Shown here: piece by piece, positions 8,181-16,938 of the stretch
Layout of the letters: each line of letters opens with the position of its first letter
Position numbering within the stretch: position 1 is the stretch's first letter
NCBI GenBank assembly: GCA_028277285.1
Contig: JANQGO010000108.1
Coordinates: forward strand, 32,832 to 56,831
From: Alphaproteobacteria bacterium
GTDB lineage: Bacteria > Pseudomonadota > Alphaproteobacteria > SP197
Reading direction: 5' to 3'
DNA: 24,000 nt
The notes under the pieces: model-generated
Database searches by the model: none
Told to the model about the DNA's origin: nothing
What the model saw: the letters and a program-made list of their open reading frames with translations, nothing else
Program-made: the position numbers and the translations under genes

Positions 8181-8836
8181 CCCACCGCTTTCGCCTGCTC
8201 GACGAACGCCGCGACCTTCTCAAGGTCTTTCGTCTCGCCGTCCGCGCTGTCGGTCTTGGTCTTGGAATCGACGCCGGCCGGGCCGACCGCCTTGATCGCC
8301 TCGGCGACGTTGTCCGGGCCCAGGCCACCGGCCAGGATGACCGGTGTGCTGACCGCCTCGACGATGCGCCGGCTGATCGACCAGTCGTGGGTGATGCCCT
8401 GGGCGCCGATCTGACGGTCGCCGGGATCGTGGCTGTCCAGCAGCAGCCAGTCGGCGACGCCCTCATAGTCGCGCGCGTACCGAACAGCCTCCTCGCCGAC
8501 CACCGGTATGGCGCGCATGATCTGCGTCTCCGGGAACTGCCGTTTGATGGCGCGGGTCTGATCGACCGAAAACAGCTCGATCGCCGCGCCAATGTGGATG
8601 ATGGCGGGCGATGTCTCACGGACCACACGCGCGACCTCGTCCGGATCGTCCGAGAGCGACAAAGCGATCGAGAGCTTGCCGCTTGGGAGAGCCTCAAAGG
8701 TCGCGCGAGCTTCCGCGCTGGGGCGCTCGCGCGGGAACGCGCCCAGGCCGACCAGTACCCCCATGTTATCAACGCCCAGGTCGGCGAGCCGCCGCGCTTC
8801 CTCTGGTCCGGACACCTCATAAATCTGGGTCAACAT
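8177..8836 (-). CDS. Phosphoribosylanthranilate isomerase (TrpF)-family TIM-barrel protein, divergent orphan paralogue
   Basis: It aligns by eye to TrpF: LLLDSHDP...THDW...PVILAGGLGPDNVAEAIKAVGPAGVDSKTKTDS...KDLEKVAAFVEQAK. I prefer the ATG at 8836 (GAGG about 9 nt upstream) over the GTG at 8845. Its stop overlaps the SDR stop convergently (TTAG, 8177-8180). Confidence 0.65.
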   Translation of the reverse strand: MLTQIYEVSGPEEARRLADLGVDNMGVLVGLGAFPRERPSAEARATFEALPSGKLSIALSLSDDPDEVARVVRETSPAIIHIGAAIELFSVDQTRAIKRQFPETQIMRAIPVVGEEAVRYARDYEGVADWLLLDSHDPGDRQIGAQGITHDWSISRRIVEAVSTPVILAGGLGPDNVAEAIKAVGPAGVDSKTKTDSADGETKDLEKVAAFVEQAKAVG

Positions 8837-8957
8837 CGCATCCACCCTCGGACCGCCTCACTGCACTCGACCATACGCTGCCACCATCGCGGCACCAAGA
8901 AGTTGTCAGAGCGCCGCGTGCCATTAGACTTCCGCCCAACGCGTGCAAGGGAGTTCC

Positions 8958-10475
8958 ATGAACATCACGTTTGTCGAAGCGGCTGCGGCACCCAGCGAAG
9001 GAGTACTCATCCTCGCGGTCCAATCGGAAAGCGTCTTCGGTGCGATCACGCAACGGTACGACACGGCAAGCGACGGCGCGCTTCGCCGGGTTGTCGACTC
9101 CAGTCGCTTCTCCGGCAAACGCGACGAGACCCTTGAGGCCGCGGTCACGGTTGAAGGCGTAGCGCGCGCCGTCGTTCTTGTCGGCCTGGGTGAAACCGAC
9201 AAGCTGGATGCGCGCGCGTGGGAAGAGATCGGCGGCGCGCTTGCCGCCCACCTGACAACCACAGGCAACACGACCGCCGTCCTCGCGATCGACACGCCCG
9301 ACGATGCGCCGGTCACCGGCGGCCTGGCCCTCGCCCATCTGGCGCTTGGCATGCGGCTGCGCGGTTACGTCTATGATCGCTATCGCACGATCCGGGATGA
9401 CGATGATCCCACGCGCCTGGATCGGCTGACCGTTGTCACCGATGACGTCGGTGGCGCGACGTCGGCCTGGTATGACCTGGATGCGGTCGCAGGTGGTGTT
9501 GAGCTTGCGCGTGACCTCTTTAACCAGCCGGCCAACGACCTCTATCCGATTTCGTTTGTCGAGCAGATTGGTCCGTTGGCCGAACTCGGCATCGATATCG
9601 AAGCGCACGGTCCGGACTATCTGGCCGAGCAAGGTATGGGCGCCATGCTGGCGGTCGCGAGCGGCAGCAGCCACGAACCGCGCCTGTTGATCTTGCGTTG
9701 GTCCGGCGCCGACGACCCGGATGCCGCGCCGCTTTGTTTCATCGGCAAAGGGCTCACCTTCGACTGCGGCGGCATCTCGATCAAGCCGGCCAAGGGCATG
9801 GAGGAAATGAAGGGCGACATGGCCGGCGGCGGCGCGGTGGTCGGCGCGCTGCAGGCGCTCGCCGCACGCAACGCCAGGGTCAACGCGGTCGGCATCGTCG
9901 GGCTGGTCGAGAACATGGCCGGCAGCCGCGCCTATCGCCCGGGCGACGTGCTGACGTCGAAGGCCGGCTGGACCATCGAGGTCTTCAACACCGACGCTGA
10001 GGGCCGTCTGGTTCTGCTCGACCTGCTGGCCTATGCGGTCGAGCGGTTCGAGCCGGCCGCCATGATCGATCTGGCGACCCTGACCTATGACATCATGGCC
10101 GGCCTCGGTCTGGTCTATACCGGCATGTATACGACCTCGGACGAACTGGCCGCCGACCTCGATGCGGCCTCGGCGGCGAGCGGCGAGAAGCTGTGGCGCA
10201 TGCCGATGGATCAGGAGTACGAGGACAACCTGGGGTCCGATATCGCCGATCTCAGACAGATCGCCGAGCCCGGCGACTACGCGGATGCCGCCCATGCTGC
10301 GCACCTGCTGCAGCGTTTCGCGCGTGGTCGCCCTTGGGCGCATCTGGATATCGCGGGCAAGGAACTGGCCTATGACGACAAGCCGCTTTGCCCCAAAGGC
10401 GGCACCGGCGTCGGCGTGCGGCTGCTCGACGCCTTCGCGCGAATCCGCGAGGACAGCGGCGACCCAGGTCGCTAG
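8958..10475 (+). CDS. pepA: Leucyl aminopeptidase (peptidase M17)
   Basis: It carries the M17 signature NTDAEGRL and the active-site region GKGLTFDCGGISIKP. I prefer the ATG at 8958 (AAGGGAG 5 nt upstream) over the track's GTG at 8943. Confidence 0.9.
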   Translation: MNITFVEAAAAPSEGVLILAVQSESVFGAITQRYDTASDGALRRVVDSSRFSGKRDETLEAAVTVEGVARAVVLVGLGETDKLDARAWEEIGGALAAHLTTTGNTTAVLAIDTPDDAPVTGGLALAHLALGMRLRGYVYDRYRTIRDDDDPTRLDRLTVVTDDVGGATSAWYDLDAVAGGVELARDLFNQPANDLYPISFVEQIGPLAELGIDIEAHGPDYLAEQGMGAMLAVASGSSHEPRLLILRWSGADDPDAAPLCFIGKGLTFDCGGISIKPAKGMEEMKGDMAGGGAVVGALQALAARNARVNAVGIVGLVENMAGSRAYRPGDVLTSKAGWTIEVFNTDAEGRLVLLDLLAYAVERFEPAAMIDLATLTYDIMAGLGLVYTGMYTTSDELAADLDAASAASGEKLWRMPMDQEYEDNLGSDIADLRQIAEPGDYADAAHAAHLLQRFARGRPWAHLDIAGKELAYDDKPLCPKGGTGVGVRLLDAFARIREDSGDPGR

Positions 10476-10508
10476 GATGCCGCGCCAAGATAGATAACGG
10501 GGAACACC

Positions 10509-11270
10509 ATGCGTGCAAGCTATGATCTTCAGGGCCGTAAGGCGCTGGTCACCGGCGGTGCGTCGGGTATCGGCCTCGGCGCCGTCGAGGCGTTTCTGCG
10601 CTGCGGCGCCAGCATCGCCATCAACGACCTGCCGACCTCGCCGCGTTTGGCCGAGGGGGTCGAACGCCTGAAGTCGGAAGGCCATGACGTCGTCGCCGCG
10701 CCCGGCGATGTCGGCGACGCCGACGACGCGCCGCGCATGGTGCGCGATGCCGCCAAGGCGCTGGACGGCCTGGACTACCTGATCAACAACGCGGGCACGC
10801 CCGGCACCAGACTGCCGATTCCGGCCGCCGATTTCGATGCCCAGGACGAGGCATTCTGGGACAAGCTTTTGAACGTCAACCTGATCGGCCCCTACCGCTG
10901 CACCAAGGCAGCGGCGCCGTTTCTGAAGGCGTCCGGCGGCGCGATCGTCAACACCGCATCGATCTCAGCCCATGGCGGCGGCGGTTCGAGCTCGGTCTAT
11001 TGCGCGACCAAGGCGGGGCTGGTCAACCTGACCAAGGAGTGGGCGCGGGCACTCGCGCCCGACGTGCGCGTCAACGCCATAGCGCCAGGCGCGGTCGACT
11101 CGCCGTGGGAGTGCCGCTTTCCCGACATGTTCGCGGAGATCGAGACCATCGTGCCGCTGAAACGCGTGGGTTCACCGGACGATTACGGCGACACCATCCT
11201 GTTCCTGTCGGCCGGCGCCGACTACGTCACGGGCCAGACCCTGAATGTCGACGGCGGCCTGACCACCTAA
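10509..11270 (+). CDS. SDR family oxidoreductase
   Basis: Motifs are VTGGASGIGLG, NNAG and the catalytic YCATK, with the C-terminal ending GQTLNVDGG. It starts 33 nt after pepA and ends 17 nt before the next gene. Confidence 0.85.
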   Translation: MRASYDLQGRKALVTGGASGIGLGAVEAFLRCGASIAINDLPTSPRLAEGVERLKSEGHDVVAAPGDVGDADDAPRMVRDAAKALDGLDYLINNAGTPGTRLPIPAADFDAQDEAFWDKLLNVNLIGPYRCTKAAAPFLKASGGAIVNTASISAHGGGGSSSVYCATKAGLVNLTKEWARALAPDVRVNAIAPGAVDSPWECRFPDMFAEIETIVPLKRVGSPDDYGDTILFLSAGADYVTGQTLNVDGGLTT

Positions 11271-11287
11271 CAGGGGAGACGATCACC

Positions 11288-12133
11288 ATGAAACTCGTGC
11301 GCTACGGCAGGCCGGGCAAGGAAAAGCCGGGCCTGATCGACGACGCCGGTGCAATGCGCTCGCTGGCCGGCGAGATCGACGATATCGACGCATCCGTACT
11401 GTCGGCGGCGGCGCTGAAGCGCCTGAGACGGATAGACCCGGCGAGCCTGCCCAACGTACGCGGCAATCCGCGCCTGGGCCCGCCGCTCAACGGCATCAAC
11501 AAGGTTATCTGCATTGGCCTCAACTATACCGACCACGCGGCAGAAGTCGGCGCACAGGCGCCCGACAAACCGATCGTCTTCTTCAAGCCGACGACGACGC
11601 TGTGCGGCCCCAACGATGCGATTGAGACCTTGCACGACAGCCGCCATACGGATTGGGAAGTCGAGCTGGGCGTCGTGATTGGGCGCGGTGGCAAGAACAT
11701 TGCGGAAGCCGACGCGCTGAAACATGTCGCCGGCTACTGCACGCTCCACGATGTTTCCGAACGCAAGTTCCAGAGTTTCGGCTCCGGCCAGTGGATACTC
11801 GGCAAGTCCGGCGACACGTTCTGCCCCTTGGGTCCATGGCTGGTCACCGCCGACGAGGTGCCGGATCCCCAGAACCTGCGGCTGTGGTGCGAGGTCAACG
11901 GCAAGATGATGCAGGATGGCACGACTGCCAACATGATCTTCCCGGTCGCGCATCTGATCAGCTTCGTCAGCCGTTTCATGTCGCTGGAACCCGGTGACGT
12001 CATGGCGACCGGCACGCCAGCGGGCGTCGGTCAGGGCCGCAACCCCCGCGTCTTCCTGAAGGTCGGCGACAAGGTGCGCATGGCCGTGGAGGGCCTGGGC
12101 GAACAGGAAAGCGAGATCGTCGCGCCGCGCTAG
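11288..12133 (+). CDS. Fumarylacetoacetate hydrolase (FAH) family protein
   Basis: The true start is MKLVRYG at 11288, with GGGGAG at 11273-11278. The track ORF from 11000 is an upstream extension overlapping the SDR gene. FAH-family motifs are KVICIGLNYTDHA, DWEVELGVVIG and GDVMATGTPAGVG. Confidence 0.85.
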   Translation: MKLVRYGRPGKEKPGLIDDAGAMRSLAGEIDDIDASVLSAAALKRLRRIDPASLPNVRGNPRLGPPLNGINKVICIGLNYTDHAAEVGAQAPDKPIVFFKPTTTLCGPNDAIETLHDSRHTDWEVELGVVIGRGGKNIAEADALKHVAGYCTLHDVSERKFQSFGSGQWILGKSGDTFCPLGPWLVTADEVPDPQNLRLWCEVNGKMMQDGTTANMIFPVAHLISFVSRFMSLEPGDVMATGTPAGVGQGRNPRVFLKVGDKVRMAVEGLGEQESEIVAPR

Positions 12134-12172
12134 CCGCCATGGCAGGCCCGTCAGGCAACGAAAAACCCACGG

Positions 12173-12266
12173 CGCGCGCCGGACTTGATCCGGGGCCCAT
12201 GATCACGAGACATACCGATCCAGGCGCCGTTCGTGTTCATGGGCGCCGGATCAGGTCCGGCGCGCG
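12173..12266. repeat. Palindromic intergenic repeat, copy B (best preserved)
   Basis: Arms 12173-12208 and 12231-12266 are complementary at 33/36 positions, with a 22-nt loop (12209-12230). The right arm is homologous to copies A and C. The left arm shares ccggggcccatga with copy C. It starts about 39 nt after the FAH stop. Confidence 0.7.
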
Positions 12267-12371
12267 AGGAAGGGGAATGTGGCGAAGCCGTCAGCCTGAT
12301 CTCGTCTGCCCGCGCCCATTCATGGACCTGCCGGCCACCGCCCCTGCTCGCAAAACATTGCGTCGGTAACC

Positions 12372-13721
12372 ATGACGGCGGCACAGCCCAAGCTTGACCG
12401 CAGCCTGGGGCTGGGCGCGGTCGTGCTGTTCGGCCTGGCCTATATGGCGCCGATGATCGTCTTCGGCACGTTTGGCGTCCTGGCGGATAAGTCGGAAGGC
12501 ACGGCGGCGGGCTCCTATCTGGCGGCGTTGGCCGCCATTCTGCTGACCGCCTACAGCTATGGGCGCATGACCTCGATCCATCCGGTGTCGGGATCGGCCT
12601 ACAGTTACACGCGGCGCTCGATAGATCCCCATGTAGGCTTCCTGGTCGGCTGGGCGGTGCTGCTCGACTATTTCTTCCTGCCCATGGTGATCTGGCTGAT
12701 CGGCGCCGCCTATCTGGGCGCGGCGCTGCCCGGTATCCCATCGTGGATCTGGATCATCGCCTTCGTCGTTCTGACCAGCGCCATCAACATCATCGGCATC
12801 CACTTCGCGAGCCGGGTGAACTTCATCCTGATGGTCGCCCCGTTTCTGATCGTCGCCGCGTTCATGGCGCTTGCCGCGCATTATGTCGTGGAAATCTCGG
12901 ACGCCGGTTCGCTGCTTTCCGCCGATCCTTTTTTCAAGCCCGGCGTGCCGTTCTCGGCGACGCTCGCGGGCGCAGCGCTCGCCGTCTATTCCTTCCTGGG
13001 TTTCGATGCGGTCTCGACCCTGGCCGAGGAAACCATCGAACCGCGCAAGACCATGCCCCGCGCGATCTTCCTGATCGCGCTGATCGGCGGCGGTGTCTTC
13101 ATCGGCGCGTCCTATGTCACCGAGCTCGCGCACCCGTCGACCCAGTTCCAGAACGAGGACGCCGCGGCGTTCGAAATTGCGCGCAAGGTCGGCGGCGACA
13201 TCTTCGTCACCGTGTTCCTGATCGGCATGGTCGTCACCCAGTTCACCGCCGGGCTCTCGGCCCAGGCGAGCGTCGGGCGCCTGCTTTACGCCATGGGCCG
13301 CGACCGCGTGTTACCGCACCGCGTCTTCGGCTACCTCAACCCGCGCTTTAAGACGCCGGTCTTCAACATCGTCATGGCCGGTCTGTTCGGCCTGCTCGCC
13401 ATCGTGCTCGACGAAGCGACCTCGACCTCGTTCATCAACTTCGGCGCCTTCACCGCCTTCACCTTCGTCAACCTCTCGGTGATCGCCCACTACCTGCGCC
13501 ACCGCCACGACGGCGAACGACGCGGGCTGCTGCTATGGGTCGTCGTGCCGGGTCTCGGCGCCATTCTCGACCTCGGCCTTCTGGCAAGCCTGGATAAGGA
13601 CGCGCAGATCCTGGGCGTGATCTGGCTCGCCATCGGCGTCGGCTATCTGACCTACCTGACCAAAGGCTACAAGGTGCCGCCCCCCGACCTAGATATCGAG
13701 GAGGCCGAGGGGGCGGGTTAG
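12372..13721 (+). CDS. APC-superfamily amino acid/polyamine permease (PuuP/PlaP putrescine-importer-like)
   Basis: 449 aa with about 12 hydrophobic segments. GSAYSYTRRSIDPHVGFLVGWAVLLDYFFLP, YSFLGFDAVSTLAEET and SVGRLLYAMGRDRVLPHRVFGYLNPRFKTP closely resemble my recollection of E. coli PuuP/PlaP. Substrate is not established. Confidence 0.8.
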   Translation: MTAAQPKLDRSLGLGAVVLFGLAYMAPMIVFGTFGVLADKSEGTAAGSYLAALAAILLTAYSYGRMTSIHPVSGSAYSYTRRSIDPHVGFLVGWAVLLDYFFLPMVIWLIGAAYLGAALPGIPSWIWIIAFVVLTSAINIIGIHFASRVNFILMVAPFLIVAAFMALAAHYVVEISDAGSLLSADPFFKPGVPFSATLAGAALAVYSFLGFDAVSTLAEETIEPRKTMPRAIFLIALIGGGVFIGASYVTELAHPSTQFQNEDAAAFEIARKVGGDIFVTVFLIGMVVTQFTAGLSAQASVGRLLYAMGRDRVLPHRVFGYLNPRFKTPVFNIVMAGLFGLLAIVLDEATSTSFINFGAFTAFTFVNLSVIAHYLRHRHDGERRGLLLWVVVPGLGAILDLGLLASLDKDAQILGVIWLAIGVGYLTYLTKGYKVPPPDLDIEEAEGAG

Positions 13722-13743
13722 CGCTCGTTGCGCCGTTTGCTGC

Positions 13744-15030
13744 CTAAACGTTCGTTCGTCCGGGCTCCGGCGAGCTTTCGATGGATGACAGGGATTGGCC
13801 CTTCATCGTAGCCTCGAAGGCGTGCAGGCGTTTATAGATCGACATCATCTCGACGATCGTCGTCCACGAGTTGATGAGATACTGGAACGAACTCTCGACC
13901 CGGCCGAAGGCACGCACGATCTGCTGGAGGACACCAAGCGTGATCGTCGCCGACACGATTGTCGGACCCAGGGCAAAGTACGGCACGAGCACGCCGACCT
14001 GCAGGTAACTGATGCGCACCAAGTTGAAGTAGAGGTAGTTGAGATAGAGTCGGAAATAGTTGCGCCGTACGTCGGCGAACAGGTCGGCCAGCCGCGGCGG
14101 TTGGGCGCGGTCTTCATGATCCTCACCGAACACGAGCTCCTTGCGGTACGCCGCTTCGACACGTTGATTGCGGAACTCCAGACCCGGCAGACGAATGCCG
14201 GCAAGCGCCACGAGGCCGGTGCCGAACACCGACCACAGGATGGCAATCACGACAAGCGCCTGAGGAATCTCGCCGATGATCGGGATCTCTTTGACGTGCT
14301 CCGACAACGCCCACAGGATCGGCAGGAAGGCGATCAGCGTCATCAAGGCGTCGATCAGGCTGACGCCGAGGCTCTCCATGATGGCGGCGAACCGCATGGT
14401 GTCTTCCTGAACGCGCTGTGACGCGCCTTCGATATGGCGCAGCTTCTGCCAGTTGGCGACGTAGTAGTCGTTCATCGCCGTGCGCCAGCGGAAGATGAAG
14501 TGGCTGACGATGAACCGGTTGATGGAGGCAACGATGACGAACACCATCGCAATCTCCAGGAAGTCCAGCAGCAGCAGATAGTATTCGGTCAAACTGATCG
14601 AGCCTGGTTCGCCCAGGGCCAGCTGGACGGCGTCATAGAAACGGCCGAACCAGTTGTTGATCATGACGTCGAGCTGAACCAGGAACCATGTGATGAAGAT
14701 GATGATCATCGACACGACCACCGACCACCAGAACCAGCGATGGGGCAACAGGCGGTGAACCAGGAAGGCGAAGATGGCGCCAGACACGATCATGTACTGG
14801 TAGAGCCAGACATCGACAGCGAACAGGCGCGCGTTGGCGTAGGCGTCCATCGCCATTTCGTCGGCTTCCGGCGGCGGCCCTTCGGGATAGCCGTAGCCGA
14901 TCAGCCCGCCCAGGCTGAGCGATTCGCCGAGATCGGCGCCGAAGATGAACCACACAGCCATCGACAGCGCCGTCCACACAAGGGCGGCGGAAAAGAAGAT
15001 TCTGGGGTTGGGAAAGAAGGAATGAAACAC
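13744..15030 (-). CDS. bacA: SbmA/BacA-family peptide transporter
   Basis: It is nearly colinear with the remembered E. coli SbmA and rhizobial BacA sequences: MFHSFFPNP..., FIFRWRTAMNDYY, NWQKLRHIEGASQRVQEDTMRFA, LPGLEFRNQRVEAAYRKELV and FQYLINSWTTIVEMMSIYKRL. It has a GTG start with GAGG 8 nt upstream. Confidence 0.9.
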   Translation of the reverse strand: MFHSFFPNPRIFFSAALVWTALSMAVWFIFGADLGESLSLGGLIGYGYPEGPPPEADEMAMDAYANARLFAVDVWLYQYMIVSGAIFAFLVHRLLPHRWFWWSVVVSMIIIFITWFLVQLDVMINNWFGRFYDAVQLALGEPGSISLTEYYLLLLDFLEIAMVFVIVASINRFIVSHFIFRWRTAMNDYYVANWQKLRHIEGASQRVQEDTMRFAAIMESLGVSLIDALMTLIAFLPILWALSEHVKEIPIIGEIPQALVVIAILWSVFGTGLVALAGIRLPGLEFRNQRVEAAYRKELVFGEDHEDRAQPPRLADLFADVRRNYFRLYLNYLYFNLVRISYLQVGVLVPYFALGPTIVSATITLGVLQQIVRAFGRVESSFQYLINSWTTIVEMMSIYKRLHAFEATMKGQSLSSIESSPEPGRTNV

Positions 15031-15245
15031 CGGTCGGACCTCGTCGCTGGTTCGGCCGGGCCCACCAGGAGCGGCGCCCGACGCTCACGGTCGATGGGGC
15101 ACACTGGGTGAAGCCGGACCGACTTGCAACGAAGGCGTTGGAACGCTCTCGGTATTGTTTGACGGGTCTTTTGGTCCGACGGTCATCGCCAATCGCGTTA
15201 CGCTACCGACGGTATGTGAACCCAGACGACGAATGAGGGCCGGTC

Positions 15246-15698
15246 ATGATGTTTCGCACTGCGACGGCAAACGATCTCCATGCGGTTGTGGAATTGCTCG
15301 CCGATGACGTCCTTGGCGCGCAACGAGAACGGCTGGAGGCCCCTTTGCCGTCTGCCTATGGCGAGGCCTTTGAAGCGATCCAACGGCAGTCAGGCAATCA
15401 GATTGTTGTTGCTGTCGATGACAACGACAACGTCATCGGCTGCCTTCAGCTGACGCTGACACCGGGTCTGGCCCGGCTGGGCATGACCAGAGCGACGATC
15501 GAGGCCGTCCGCATCGCCCGGAGCCACCGCAGTTCAGGCCTGGGCGAGCAGATGTTCAGGTTCGCCATCGACGAGGCGAAGAAAGCAGGCTGCGGCCTCG
15601 TTCAGCTGACGACCGACCGGGCGAGGCCCGACGCCCACCGCTTCTACGAGAAGCTCGGGTTCGAGCCCAGCCATATCGGCATGAAACTCAAGCTCTAG
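15246..15698 (+). CDS. GNAT family N-acetyltransferase
   Basis: 150 aa. It has the acetyl-CoA binding motif RSSGLGEQMF (R-x-x-G-x-G) and a C-terminal FYEKLGF. GAGGG lies upstream of the ATGATG start; either ATG is possible. Confidence 0.8.
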   Translation: MMFRTATANDLHAVVELLADDVLGAQRERLEAPLPSAYGEAFEAIQRQSGNQIVVAVDDNDNVIGCLQLTLTPGLARLGMTRATIEAVRIARSHRSSGLGEQMFRFAIDEAKKAGCGLVQLTTDRARPDAHRFYEKLGFEPSHIGMKLKL

Positions 15699-15735
15699 GC
15701 CCGGACCGCACGGCCGGGTGTAGCCTCGCGCGACG

Positions 15736-16938
15736 TCAGGCCTGCAGCCGGTCCACGACGAGGTTCTGGAAGTGGTGCACGGCACTTTCCCAATAGGCCG
15801 AGAACCGCGTCTCCATGCCAAGCTCATCGCGCTGGGCGTGTTTGGTCTGGACCTCACGAACCATGGGAAAGTCCTGCTCACCGACCTTGATCCAGGAGTC
15901 GCGCACCGCCTCGCGGGCGGCGCGATGTTCGTCGTCCGTCGCCGCGTCGCCAATGAAATGAAAAGCACGGCGCGTCGGCGTGCGGTCATGGGCCATGGGG
16001 TAATAGATGTTGGTGACGACGTGGTCGTCCAAGACGGACACGATCGCGTTGGGCACGATGAAGAACAGCACGATCTCGCGCGACAGACCGTCGTCACCGA
16101 CCTTCTCGCCATCGAAGTGCGGAAACATCGGCAGGGTGTCGCCGGTAAGCGCTTCCGTCTCGCGCCGGCTTGCGATCGAGACATAGGTGTTGCCGCCGCG
16201 CTCGCCCCGGAAGACACCGCTCCTGGGACCGATCTGGGGGTGGACCCAGGGCAGGTGGTAGTCCTCGCATCCGGTCTCGATGGCGAGTTTCCAGTTGCCG
16301 TCAAACTGCGCCTCGGTCGTCAGGCCCGAAAAGCGCAACAGTGAGAGGTCGTGCTCGGGGATACGCTCGTGGACCGGGCGGATGAAGTCCTCGAAAGGCT
16401 CTGCCTTGCCGTCGATGTTGACGAAGACGAAGTGCATCCAGGTCGCGCTGCGGACCTCGCGCAAGCCGAGCGCGACCTTCTCGATGCCCGGCTGCTCGGC
16501 GCTGACTTTGCCGCTTGCCTCGTCCACACCGCCGATATCCGGTGTCGCGATGAGCCGGCCGTTCAGGTCATAGGTCCAGCCATGCCAGGGGCATTGCAGC
16601 GTCTGGGCCTTGCTGCAAGGCTCGGTCAGCACGGTCATCGACCGATGGCGGCAGATGTTGTGGAACACCTTCACGTCGCCCTGGCGGTTGCGCGCCACGA
16701 TGAAATCCCAGCCGGCAATCGAGACCGGCACGGCGTCGCCCGGCTCGGCGACGTCCGACTCATAGGCGATCGCCATCCAGCCGCGCGGGAAGATCTTCTT
16801 ACGCTCCAGCTCGAAGAACGCGGGGTCGGCATAGACACGGCCCGGCAGACCCTCGGCCTCGGCGACCGGGCGGCGCAGGCACGCGACCTGCGCGGGCGAG
16901 ATGAAGTCGTCGAGACTGAGCTCTTGCATCACGGTCAT
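15736..16938 (-). CDS. Rieske [2Fe-2S] non-heme-iron oxygenase, alpha-subunit type
   Basis: The Rieske motif is CRH-17 residues-CPWH (CRHRSMTVLTEPCSKAQTLQCPWHGW). The mononuclear-iron region is ETGCEDYHLPWVHPQ. Its ATG overlaps the upstream TetR stop (ATGA, 16935-16938). Confidence 0.85.
   Translation of the reverse strand: MTVMQELSLDDFISPAQVACLRRPVAEAEGLPGRVYADPAFFELERKKIFPRGWMAIAYESDVAEPGDAVPVSIAGWDFIVARNRQGDVKVFHNICRHRSMTVLTEPCSKAQTLQCPWHGWTYDLNGRLIATPDIGGVDEASGKVSAEQPGIEKVALGLREVRSATWMHFVFVNIDGKAEPFEDFIRPVHERIPEHDLSLLRFSGLTTEAQFDGNWKLAIETGCEDYHLPWVHPQIGPRSGVFRGERGGNTYVSIASRRETEALTGDTLPMFPHFDGEKVGDDGLSREIVLFFIVPNAIVSVLDDHVVTNIYYPMAHDRTPTRRAFHFIGDAATDDEHRAAREAVRDSWIKVGEQDFPMVREVQTKHAQRDELGMETRFSAYWESAVHHFQNLVVDRLQA

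Noticed and set aside
8817-10685. 622-aa minus-strand ORF covering the whole pepA region.
   Set aside because: It is antisense to an unambiguous M17 aminopeptidase (NTDAEGRL). Its translation is low-complexity and Arg/Gly/Asp-rich with no motifs. It is a high-GC artefact.
11000-11287. Upstream extensions of track ORFs: 11000-12133 for the FAH gene, and likewise 20147-20731 for the DUF427 gene.
   Set aside because: The extensions overlap the preceding SDR gene or lie antisense to the ureohydrolase gene, and they translate to Arg/Gly-rich junk. Internal ATGs at 11288 and 20732 have SD sequences and mark where family homology begins.
12139-12369. Small ORFs inside the repeat copies: 12139-12369 (+), 12000-12206 (-), 4685-4876 (+) and 19471-19665 (+), with peptides such as ...VHGSWVKPGMRPW.
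   Set aside because: They are by-products of the palindromic repeat. Their similarity to each other is at the DNA level and includes frame changes. They lack SD sequences and show no coding bias.
15698-15720. Small hairpin (cccgg / ccggg, 5-6 bp stem, 9-nt loop) between the convergent GNAT and Rieske genes, considered as a possible terminator.
   Set aside because: The stem is short and no T/U tract lies on either strand. Support for an intrinsic terminator is insufficient.
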